A DNA stretch of 15,570 nucleotides from an uncultured bacterium (lineage in GTDB: Bacteria > Macinerneyibacteriota > Macinerneyibacteria > Macinerneyibacteriales > DSCS01). The position numbers were made by a program, and so were the translations under genes. The notes below the pieces were generated by a model. The model had not been told where the DNA came from. It did not search any database and was given only the letters and a program-made list of their open reading frames with translations. The stretch lies in the NCBI GenBank assembly GCA_964548195.1, contig CAZJQC010000030.1, positions 1 to 15,570 on the forward strand. The letters are read 5' to 3'. Below, in pieces: positions 8,431 through 15,570 of the stretch (within the stretch, counting starts at the first letter, position 1; every line of letters begins with the position of its first letter).

Positions 8431-8458
8431 AGTATATATTGAGGTCGAAAAATGTCAA
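8431..8458 (-). promoter_or_regulatory. sigma70 promoter for tRNA-Arg and the downstream minus-strand run
   Basis: TTGACA (8458-8453), 16 nt, TATACT (8436-8431); 17 nt upstream of tRNA base 1. A 16-nt spacer is common in stable-RNA promoters. Confidence 0.75.
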
Positions 8459-8496
8459 TAAATTTTTTGGCGCTTCGGGGCTGTTGCCCTTTAAGA

Positions 8497-8525
8497 TTGA
8501 CAAAAGCGCCTCATTATTATATATT
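8497..8525 (+). promoter_or_regulatory. sigma70 promoter for the AMIN/NlpC operon
   Basis: TTGACA (8497-8502), 17 nt, TATATT (8520-8525), followed by GAGGAGG RBS (8534-8540) and GTG 8545. Confidence 0.75.
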
Positions 8526-8544
8526 TGGCAAAAGAGGAGGAATA

Positions 8545-9102
8545 GTGAAAAAAATATTGCCGCTGTTTTTGATGACCATATTCCTGCCCGTCGCCCTTTT
8601 CGCTTCGGTGCTTCAGGAATTCAATATCAACGAATACAAGAACATGTATCAGATAACCGTATCCTTTGACGATATCCCGCAGTTCAGGGAGATGACACTG
8701 CAATCCCCCTATCGCATAGTCGTTGATTTCAAAAACACTTACACCACGCCCTCAAAACGTTCCGTTACGATCGGCCGCCCGCCGTTCAACGCGCTGCGCA
8801 TAGCCCAATATGACAAGGAGACCGTGCGGCTTGTCCTTGAGATGACTGAGAAAGCCCTGCACACGGTATCTGCAAAGGACAACACGGTCATAATCACCGT
8901 AAACTACGCAAATGAACAGAAGATGGATACTTTGGACCGTTTTGTAGACGTAAAAGTCTCGCCGCGTCCGGACAGCGTCACCTTGACCCGCATCAAAATA
9001 GGCACAACGATAAAGACCGTGAACGAAAAGGACGGGTGGGTGCTGATACTTCTTCCCGACGGCCAGGACGGGTGGGTGGAAAAAAGCAGCATCAGCTACT
9101 GA
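8545..9102 (+). CDS. Secreted AMIN-domain + C-terminal SH3b-domain protein (185 aa)
   Basis: GTG start after GAGGAGG; signal peptide MKKILPLFLMTIFLPVALFA; AMIN pattern LQSPYRIVVDF...LRIAQYDKETVRLVLE; SH3b pattern DVKVSPRPDS...GT......KDGWVLILLPDGQDGWVEKSSI. Confidence 0.8.
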   Translation: MKKILPLFLMTIFLPVALFASVLQEFNINEYKNMYQITVSFDDIPQFREMTLQSPYRIVVDFKNTYTTPSKRSVTIGRPPFNALRIAQYDKETVRLVLEMTEKALHTVSAKDNTVIITVNYANEQKMDTLDRFVDVKVSPRPDSVTLTRIKIGTTIKTVNEKDGWVLILLPDGQDGWVEKSSISY

Positions 9103-9103
9103 T

Positions 9104-10174
9104 ATGAAAAAAAAACTTTCTCTGATCGCTATTCTCCTTCTTGTATCATCCCTTTGCCATCCCGTTGAAATAGATTTTGACTTCCGAAAGGAAAGCACTG
9201 AAATACTTTTCCGCGGCGCCCGCATATTGACGGTAACCCCGGATCCCGGGGGATCGCTGCTGCTGATCACGCTGGACAAGTCACTGAAAAGCGGTTCTAA
9301 AAAGGTCGATTACAGACTTATAAAGACGATGTCCTTTCAGGGGCGGGAGGTTACGCTGGCCTTGAAACTCGGCAGAAATTACGCCTATGCCGCCGACAGG
9401 CTGACAATATACCACACATTCCCTCAGGAGGCCTACGCGAGATCCGATGTGGTAAAAGTATACAGCGGCCCCGGCCTCAAAAGCGGACTTGAGACTGAGA
9501 TGTTAGTCGGGACGCGCTGCACAATACTCAAAAACAACAAAGGCTGGATGAAGATCGAGATCCCGGATCAGGGCGGCCACAGCGGATGGGTCACGGAAAG
9601 TTCGCTGGACCTCTTTATTGACAGAAACTCGTCCTATCCCCTATATATCACCGACAGCCGTTCCGTGCTCCGCAGCGGATCCTCTGAAATAAGGCTTGAA
9701 GCCGGCACACCGTACAGATTGCTGGAGGAACGCGGACAGGAGCTTTCCATAGAACTCGGTAACGGCAAACGCGGCACCATAAAAAAGCGCGTCCAGAGCC
9801 ACGGCGAATTCGGCATGCGCATTGTTGAGAGCGCCCGCAGCCTCATGGGCATACCCTATGTGTGGGGGGGCACCTCGGAACGGGGACTGGATTGTTCCGG
9901 ACTGACATACCTGGTATACAAGATGAACGGAATAAACCTGCCGCGCGACGGATTTCCTCAATACAAGTCGAACATAAAGATCAAAAAATCCGAACTTAAA
10001 CCCGGCGACCTCGTCTTCTTTCAGACTTTTAAAAAGGGGCCTTCTCACGTGGGCATATATTCAGGCTCCGGCAGATTCATACACGCGTCAAGTTCAAAAG
10101 GCGTGACCGAATCCTCCCTTTCTGAGCCCTATTTTAAAAACCGTTACTACGGCGCCGTCCGCGTGTCGCGATAG
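9104..10174 (+). CDS. Secreted SH3b + NlpC/P60 (C40) peptidoglycan endopeptidase
   Basis: Signal peptide; SH3b (VYSGPG...GTRCTIL...GWMKI...GWV); C-terminal GIPYVWGG...GLDCSGL...LPR...PGDLVFF...HVGIY...FIHASS, with the Cys-His-His triad intact. Confidence 0.92.
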   Translation: MKKKLSLIAILLLVSSLCHPVEIDFDFRKESTEILFRGARILTVTPDPGGSLLLITLDKSLKSGSKKVDYRLIKTMSFQGREVTLALKLGRNYAYAADRLTIYHTFPQEAYARSDVVKVYSGPGLKSGLETEMLVGTRCTILKNNKGWMKIEIPDQGGHSGWVTESSLDLFIDRNSSYPLYITDSRSVLRSGSSEIRLEAGTPYRLLEERGQELSIELGNGKRGTIKKRVQSHGEFGMRIVESARSLMGIPYVWGGTSERGLDCSGLTYLVYKMNGINLPRDGFPQYKSNIKIKKSELKPGDLVFFQTFKKGPSHVGIYSGSGRFIHASSSKGVTESSLSEPYFKNRYYGAVRVSR

Positions 10175-10175
10175 A

Positions 10176-10907
10176 TCAATATTTCAATATCCTGTCAAGA
10201 AATTCCGACAGCCTTTTATGGGAAGGCCTGTCGAATATGTGCGCGGCTTCCCCCTCATCCAATAACCTGCCCTGGTCGAGAAACAACACATGGTCCGAGA
10301 CCTGACGGGCAAAACCCATCTCATGTGTCACCAGCACAAGGTCCTTCTTCTCCTCGCGCAGTTCCTCTATCATATCAAGCACTTCCGCGGTGAACTCGGG
10401 ATCCAGCGCGGATGTGGGCTCGTCAAAAAGTAAAAATTCGGGATTCGCCGCAACGGCACGGGCAATGGCCACCCTTTGTTTCTGTCCGCCCGAAAGCTGC
10501 GCCGGCTTCTTCTCAACGTGTTCGGAAAGGCTGAAACGTTCAAGCAGACCGTACGCCCTCTCACGCGCCTCGCCACGAGCATATCCGTGTACTTTCTCAA
10601 GCGGGAGTGAGATATTGTCAATGGCATTAAGATGGGGAAAAAGATTAAAGGACTGAAAGACCATCCCTATTGATTTTCTGTACTGCCTGAGGGCCTCCTC
10701 ATCCACCGGCACTTCCCTGTCATTGATCCTTATGCTGCCTTCATCCGCCACAATAAGGCCGGCGAGAAGCCTCAGCAATGTCGATTTGCCGCCGCCGGAC
10801 GGACCGATTATGACAAGCGCATGGACATCGGACAAGTCTATTGAGACGTCGCTCAGCACCTCGTTTCCGTCAAAACGCTTTGTCAGCGACCTCACGTCAA
10901 GTCTCAT
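10176..10907 (-). CDS. Polar amino-acid ABC transporter ATP-binding protein (GlnQ family)
   Basis: Walker A GPSGGGKST, Q-loop VFQSFNLFPH, LSGGQKQR, Walker B LLFDEPTSALDPE, VTHEMGFA. Start placed at ATG 10907. Confidence 0.95.
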   Translation of the reverse strand: MRLDVRSLTKRFDGNEVLSDVSIDLSDVHALVIIGPSGGGKSTLLRLLAGLIVADEGSIRINDREVPVDEEALRQYRKSIGMVFQSFNLFPHLNAIDNISLPLEKVHGYARGEARERAYGLLERFSLSEHVEKKPAQLSGGQKQRVAIARAVAANPEFLLFDEPTSALDPEFTAEVLDMIEELREEKKDLVLVTHEMGFARQVSDHVLFLDQGRLLDEGEAAHIFDRPSHKRLSEFLDRILKY

Positions 10908-11715
10908 AGCTGAATTTCCTTTCAAGCTGCTTTGTCAGTGAAGATATGGGGAACGTAATAAGCATGTACCCGAGCGCCAAAGGCAGATAACTTTCAAGCG
11001 TCGAATATGTATAAGCATTGACCTCCTGAGCGTTCAGTGTGAACTCACTCACCGAGATGATGGAAAGCAGTGACGAATCTTTTATAAGCGATACAAACTG
11101 CCCCGCAAGAGGAGGCAATATGCGCTTGATCACCTGGGGAAATATTATATACCTGTACTGCTGCACCCTGGTAAAAGCCAGAGACCTCGCCGTCTCCAGC
11201 TGGGTCGCTCCGACGCTTTCTATGCCGGCCCGTATGATCTCCGAGATATACGCGCCCGCAAAAAACGAGAGGATAAGGACCCCGGCCACATACCTGTTCT
11301 GAAGCCTGAACGCATCCGCTACCACATAAAAAAAGACAAGTATCTGAACAAGAAGCGGCGTGCCGCGTATCAGCTCGACATAAAACCTGCTTAAAAAATA
11401 AAACGGCAGAAACCTGGAACGCTGACCGACCGCAAAGATAGCGCCTATAAAGAGGCTTATGCACAACGAGAAAAAGGAGATGACCAGCGTCATCCCCAGT
11501 CCCCTGAAGAACTTCACCCTGTAGGCCCATACACCCGACCAGTTGAAACCGTAGTCAAGGCGGGAAAAGGCGAAGAAGAACAACCCCGCTATGAACAGCG
11601 CCACCAGCGCGGCATTAAGGGCGATCGACGGGCATCCGGGCTTGTCTCCGGCGCCTTCCCTGAAAAAACATCTTTTTATCAATCCCATGATGTCAATCTC
11701 GGATGTCCGCGTCAC
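10897..11715 (-). CDS. Polar amino-acid ABC transporter permease (HisM/GlnP family)
   Basis: YVELIRGTPLLVQI, AYISEIIRAGIESV...QLETARSL, IIFPQ, LIKDSSL. Start is either GTG 11715 (GTGA overlap) or ATG 11688. Confidence 0.93.
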   Translation of the reverse strand: MTRTSEIDIMGLIKRCFFREGAGDKPGCPSIALNAALVALFIAGLFFFAFSRLDYGFNWSGVWAYRVKFFRGLGMTLVISFFSLCISLFIGAIFAVGQRSRFLPFYFLSRFYVELIRGTPLLVQILVFFYVVADAFRLQNRYVAGVLILSFFAGAYISEIIRAGIESVGATQLETARSLAFTRVQQYRYIIFPQVIKRILPPLAGQFVSLIKDSSLLSIISVSEFTLNAQEVNAYTYSTLESYLPLALGYMLITFPISSLTKQLERKFSYET

Positions 11716-12503
11716 GGTGAAAAGAAAAACGGTATCCCGAGCTCATCAAATGTGCGTTTCTGCTCGGTAAGGAATTTCTCGCCAAGACGGTCGAATCCCC
11801 CATCCTCCTTAAACTCCTTTAAAAAGAGATTGATCTGTCCCCGCAATTCCGTGTCGTCCTTTCTCATGGCGATACCCCAATATTCATAGTCTTCCTGAAA
11901 AGGTTCCAATATGGCTCTTGTGGTATCAGGGTTTTTTCTCCAGTTGGTGAATATGGTCATCTGATCGTATATAAAAGCGTCCGCTTTGTTCTGTACGACC
12001 TCGAGCACGCAGGCGCTCTCCTTGTCAAAGACCATGATATCAGCATTCGGAAAATGGTCCTTGGCATAAAGATGTCCGGTGGTGCCTTTCTTTACCGCGA
12101 TCCGTCTGCCTTTCCTGTCAAGGTCGCCGGGCACCTTTACCGGGGAATCCCGAGAGATGAGCAGGGAGAGATAGGCTTTTGAATAGGGGTCCGAAAACTC
12201 CACCGACTGCCTTCTTTCCTCTGTGATCGTCATAGACGATATGATTATATCTATTTTTCCGGTCTTCAGTGACGGTATAAGGCCGTCGAAACTGATATTG
12301 CTTATCTGCACCGGCCTTTTTAGATACTTTCCCAGCGCATAGGCCAGGTCGACGCTTATACCTTCGGGATTCCCGTCCGTATCCGTCATCTCAAAGGGCG
12401 GGTACGCAAGCTCCATACCGACCTTCAATGTGTCTTTCTCGGCCTTTGCGCAACCTGCCACAACTACAGCCGCGATGATCAGAAATGAGAATAACCTGTT
12501 CAC
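11712..12503 (-). CDS. Amino-acid ABC transporter substrate-binding lipoprotein (SBP family 3)
   Basis: GTG start with AAGGAGG; lipobox VVAGC; LKVGMELAYPPFE, FDGLIPSLKTGKIDIIISSMTITEERR, VKKGTTG. Confidence 0.95.
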   Translation of the reverse strand: MNRLFSFLIIAAVVVAGCAKAEKDTLKVGMELAYPPFEMTDTDGNPEGISVDLAYALGKYLKRPVQISNISFDGLIPSLKTGKIDIIISSMTITEERRQSVEFSDPYSKAYLSLLISRDSPVKVPGDLDRKGRRIAVKKGTTGHLYAKDHFPNADIMVFDKESACVLEVVQNKADAFIYDQMTIFTNWRKNPDTTRAILEPFQEDYEYWGIAMRKDDTELRGQINLFLKEFKEDGGFDRLGEKFLTEQKRTFDELGIPFFFSP

Positions 12504-12515
12504 AATCCCTCCTTT

Positions 12516-13217
12516 CTATCCAAACACCTTTCTAAGTATATCGGTGGTCCTGGCCACGGGGTCGTGTCTTATCTTTTTCTCTTCGTCCGCAAGCAGTTTG
12601 AACAATCCGTCAAGAGCCTTCTCGGTCACATAATTATCAAGGTCCGTGTCCATTAACTGCACGGGAAGCGAGTTTATCTTATGTTCGATCTGCTGATAAT
12701 ATGAAGTGACTCCCACTGCGGCCATTGAATCATGCACCATCGGCCGGAAAAGCTGCTTCAGCGCCCCGTATGTCTTCGCCCTGAAATATTCCGTGGCTGC
12801 GTTGTCTCCGCCTCTCAGAATACCCCAGGCGTCTGAAAAGGTCATCTCCGTCAATGCGGTCCAGAATATATCCACAGCCTCGGGCACGGAGCGTTCCGCG
12901 GCTCTGTTCATGCTTTTCTCAAAATCCCTTATTACAGAACCCATGCCTGCAAACTCAAGGGCGCTTTTGATCTTCCTCACGGAAGGAGGCAAGCCGATCT
13001 TTATGGACGGATTGCCATAAAAACCGTTGAGTCCGCCGCCCTTATCCGCCGCCCTCTGTGTCCCTATCCTCAGGGCCTCCACAAGCCCCCCGACAACATC
13101 ACGTTCGCTCAATCCGCCGCCGGCGCCGGTATCCACGTTCATAAGCCTTCCCACATCGACAGTACATGAGGATATGAAGAAAAGCGAAACCAGTAAAAAC
13201 CATTTAACATGTCTCAT
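12516..13217 (-). CDS. DUF4197 family lipoprotein
   Basis: Lipobox ISSC; GLVEALRIG, KIGLP, SMNRAAE, MTFSDAWGILRGGDNAATEYF, YVTEKALDGLF...EEKKIRHDPVARTTDILRKVFG. GGGGAGG RBS. Confidence 0.9.
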   Translation of the reverse strand: MRHVKWFLLVSLFFISSCTVDVGRLMNVDTGAGGGLSERDVVGGLVEALRIGTQRAADKGGGLNGFYGNPSIKIGLPPSVRKIKSALEFAGMGSVIRDFEKSMNRAAERSVPEAVDIFWTALTEMTFSDAWGILRGGDNAATEYFRAKTYGALKQLFRPMVHDSMAAVGVTSYYQQIEHKINSLPVQLMDTDLDNYVTEKALDGLFKLLADEEKKIRHDPVARTTDILRKVFG

Positions 13218-13247
13218 GAGACCTCCCCGGAAAAATTCATTTGATAT

Positions 13248-13276
13248 ATGATATACTCATACGTCAAAAAATTCAA
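13248..13276 (-). promoter_or_regulatory. Possible sigma70 promoter for DUF4197 and the ABC transporter genes
   Basis: TTGAAT (13276-13271), 17 nt, TATCAT (13253-13248), in the AT-rich 55-nt gap upstream of 13217. Confidence 0.45.
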
Positions 13277-13926
13277 ATAAAAACCCCTTTTTTGAATTTT
13301 TCAACAAATTCAGCAGGCGAGGCCACCTGAAAATCGGCCTTGTTCAATTCTGTTTCGGACCCGTATCCCCATTTCACGCCCACGGAACACACCCCTGCCC
13401 CGGAAGCTCCCTCAAAATCCGTGTATCTGTCGCCAGTCATGACGGCACAGGCGCCCGGCATTCCGGTCTTTTTAAGCACGTCAAGTATCAAAGCGCATTT
13501 GTCGGTACGGCCGCCCTCAAGACTGCTGCCCTCTATGGCTTCAAAAAGATCCTCCATGCCGTAGCGTGCTATGATACGGCGGGCAAACACCTCCGGCTTG
13601 GCAGTGGCGACAGCCAGCATCGTCCCAGACTCATAGAGGCTCGTTATCATCTCACTGACACCCGGATACGGCCTGTTCTCAAAGATGCCGCGCTCCAAGT
13701 AGTATTCCCGAAAAAAACCGACGGCTTCAAAAGCCCGGGCTTCCGTGACACCCCATTTTTCCGCAAATGTAAGATGAAGCGGCGGCCCCAGAAACGACAT
13801 GATCTCACCATGATCCGGTATGTCGCGCCCCCCTTTTCGATAGGCGTGTCTTACGGAGTTTATTATCCCCTCGGCCGAATCGCTGAGCGTACCGTCAAGA
13901 TCGAAGATCACAAGCCTTTTATTCAT
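13273..13926 (-). CDS. HAD-superfamily IA hydrolase (phosphoglycolate phosphatase/5'-nucleotidase-like)
   Basis: Motif I FDLDGTLSD, FLGPPL cap, motif II VATAK, motif III K, motif IV GDRYTD, WGYG. Confidence 0.9.
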   Translation of the reverse strand: MNKRLVIFDLDGTLSDSAEGIINSVRHAYRKGGRDIPDHGEIMSFLGPPLHLTFAEKWGVTEARAFEAVGFFREYYLERGIFENRPYPGVSEMITSLYESGTMLAVATAKPEVFARRIIARYGMEDLFEAIEGSSLEGGRTDKCALILDVLKKTGMPGACAVMTGDRYTDFEGASGAGVCSVGVKWGYGSETELNKADFQVASPAEFVEKFKKGVFI

Positions 13927-14758
13927 CTGTCCCTTTCAGCATCCGTATCTCGTATGCCCATTTTTCGGGGTCGGGTGTCTCAAGTATCAACGGGATGTCG
14001 TCAAAAAAGGGACTGTCTGCGATGCGTTTAAAACACCCGGTCCCGATATGCCCCTCCCCAAGCGGAGCATGGCGGTCCGTCATGCTTCCCAGAGCGTTTT
14101 TTGAATCATTTATATGCATGGCCTTCAATCCGTCATCCCCGAACAATACGCGGAAACGGTCCCAAAAAAGGTCGAAACCCTCATCGTCCGCGATGTCATA
14201 TCCCGCCGCCCATGCATGGCAGGTGTCCACGCAGACGCCCAGCCTCTCCGGATACGATGACTGTTCCATGATACCGGCGATATGTTCAAGGCGATACCCC
14301 AGAGCGGTGCCTTGTCCCGCGGTATTTTCAATCAGAATAGTCACTGTGCTTGTTTTAAGGACCTCGTCAATGCCGCGGGCTATGGTCTTCAAAGCGGAAC
14401 CCTCATCGACGGCCCCGAGATGATTGCCGGGGTGTATGTTCAGAAAACGCAGACCAAGCGCCCCGACTCTCGACGCTTCCTCTTTAAGGGACGCGACAGA
14501 CTTTGTCCTTTGCGCCAAATCGGGAGAAGCGAGGTTGATCAGATAGCTGTCATGAGCCACGACAAACGCGGGATCCATGCCGGCGGACCTCATATTGCTT
14601 TTAAAAAGCGCCGCGGCTTCGTCCGTCAAAGGGGGATTATCCCATCTGCGCTGATTAGCGGTAAATAACGCGAAAGCCTCCCCCCCTATCTTGCGGGCAT
14701 TGAGAGGAGCGTTGAAGACGCCGCCTTTGGCGCTTACATGAGCTCCAAAATATTTCAC
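13919..14758 (-). CDS. nfo: Endonuclease IV (AP endonuclease)
   Basis: GAHVS, HDSYLINL, IHPG, IENTAGQG, DTCH, HINDSK, DRH, LETP: the Zn ligands are present. Start re-set to GTG 14758, overlapping the pepT TGA. Confidence 0.96.
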   Translation of the reverse strand: MKYFGAHVSAKGGVFNAPLNARKIGGEAFALFTANQRRWDNPPLTDEAAALFKSNMRSAGMDPAFVVAHDSYLINLASPDLAQRTKSVASLKEEASRVGALGLRFLNIHPGNHLGAVDEGSALKTIARGIDEVLKTSTVTILIENTAGQGTALGYRLEHIAGIMEQSSYPERLGVCVDTCHAWAAGYDIADDEGFDLFWDRFRVLFGDDGLKAMHINDSKNALGSMTDRHAPLGEGHIGTGCFKRIADSPFFDDIPLILETPDPEKWAYEIRMLKGTDE

Positions 14759-15570
14759 TTTTTTTTCTCGGCCCACAGACCGCAAAGATGCAGAACGGTG
14801 TCCGCGGCCTTGACCATGGCGGATAGCGGCACCCACTCCTTTTTGGAATGGAACATGAGGCCGCCCGCAAAAATATTCGGTGTGGGCACACCCTTGAACG
14901 TGAGACGCGCCCCGTCGGTGCCGCCTCTGATCGCCGTCTTTACCACCTTCATCCCGGCTGCCTCTATGGCCTGTTCGGCCAATCCGGTCACCTCCGGATA
15001 GCGAGACAATATCTCTTTCATATTGCTGTACTGGTCTTTTACATCAAGTGTGATAACGAGTCCCGGGTATTTTTTTTCAAAAGAGCCCTTTAACGATTTT
15101 AACAGTTCTACCCTCTCCAGGTTTTTAGCGCGTTCAAAATCGCGCAGTATAAAGGTAAGCAAAGCCTCGTTCTCATCTCCGCCCATGCCGGTAAGATGAT
15201 AAAAACCCTCTCTGCCCGCGGTATGCTCCGGCTGCTCCCATTCAGGCAGGGCAGCCATAAAACGGCATGCGACCTGAGCGGCGTTGATCATCTTATCCTT
15301 TGCAAACCCGGGATGCACATTTCTTCCCGTGAAACGTATATCCACCCCGTAGGCGTCAAAACATTCGTCATCCATATGGCCCTCAAGGCTTCCGTCAAGA
15401 GTATAAGCGACCTTTCCCAGCCTTTTTATGTCGATGTTGTCCGTTCCTGAGCCTATTTCCTCATCCGGGGTAAAGACTATGCGCAGCTCCGGATGTCTCA
15501 TGTCTTTATGGGCGTCCAGTACCGCCAGCGCCGTCATGATCTCGGCTATGCCGGCCTTGTCATCTGCGCC
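14755..15570 (-). CDS. pepT: Peptidase T (tripeptide aminopeptidase, M20B), 5'-truncated by window edge
   Basis: Frame runs to the window end: GADDKAGIAEIM, FTPDEEIG, AYTLDG, HPGFAKDKMINA, PEHTAGREGFYH, IRGGTDG, PTPNIFAG..FHS. Confidence 0.96.
   Translation of the reverse strand, partial: GADDKAGIAEIMTALAVLDAHKDMRHPELRIVFTPDEEIGSGTDNIDIKRLGKVAYTLDGSLEGHMDDECFDAYGVDIRFTGRNVHPGFAKDKMINAAQVACRFMAALPEWEQPEHTAGREGFYHLTGMGGDENEALLTFILRDFERAKNLERVELLKSLKGSFEKKYPGLVITLDVKDQYSNMKEILSRYPEVTGLAEQAIEAAGMKVVKTAIRGGTDGARLTFKGVPTPNIFAGGLMFHSKKEWVPLSAMVKAADTVLHLCGLWAEKKK

Noticed and set aside
9107..9115. A9 homopolymer at the start of the NlpC/P60 gene as a phase-variation tract
   Set aside because: Explained by the MKKK signal-peptide n-region; the gene is in frame and there is no evidence of length variation.
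13271..13297. ATTCAAA...TTTGAAT inverted repeat at the HAD gene end as a terminator
   Set aside because: AT-only stem with a 13-nt loop that lies within the coding end; too weak to call.
14759..14836. N-terminal extension of Nfo in the ORF track (also the extensions on purM, iorB, the AMIN gene, the ATPase and the 2853 ORF)
   Set aside because: These extensions overlap upstream genes or promoters; downstream starts match family N-termini and have an RBS or stop/start overlap.
1..15570. CRISPR array, tandem repeats, riboswitch or other structured ncRNA, or a novel defence system
   Set aside because: No repeat-spacer periodicity seen. Intergenic gaps are tiny (largest ~130 nt, occupied by promoters), and nearly all ORFs belong to known housekeeping families.

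Overview
Densely packed bacterial core-chromosome window, most likely from an anaerobic diderm (inferred from IOR, an AMIN domain and lipoproteins). I see no mobile element, CRISPR array or recognisable defence system. Left to right: the 3' end of a PTS EIIA gene (+); an ~8 kb minus-strand run headed by tRNA-Arg(CCT) (TPR/YfgM-like protein, iorA, iorB, DUF4870-like membrane protein, 23S/16S pseudouridine synthase, purM, secreted CxxGxC hypothetical, CDF metal transporter, radC, Ogg2-type 8-oxoG glycosylase); a back-to-back sigma70 promoter pair; a plus-strand cell-envelope pair (AMIN+SH3 protein and SH3-NlpC/P60 peptidase); and a second minus-strand run (pepT partial, nfo, HAD phosphatase, DUF4197 lipoprotein, polar amino-acid ABC transporter). 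The most noteworthy observations are all hypotheses: (i) an in-frame A_AAA_AAG slippery heptamer plus downstream hairpin at the pepT/nfo junction, which could give a -1 frameshift PepT-Nfo fusion; (ii) an unassigned secreted acidic CDDGVC protein abutting a CDF transporter with a duplicated C-terminal domain; (iii) a non-catalytic AMIN-SH3 protein coupled to an NlpC/P60 hydrolase. Family calls come from motif recognition only; no searches were run.
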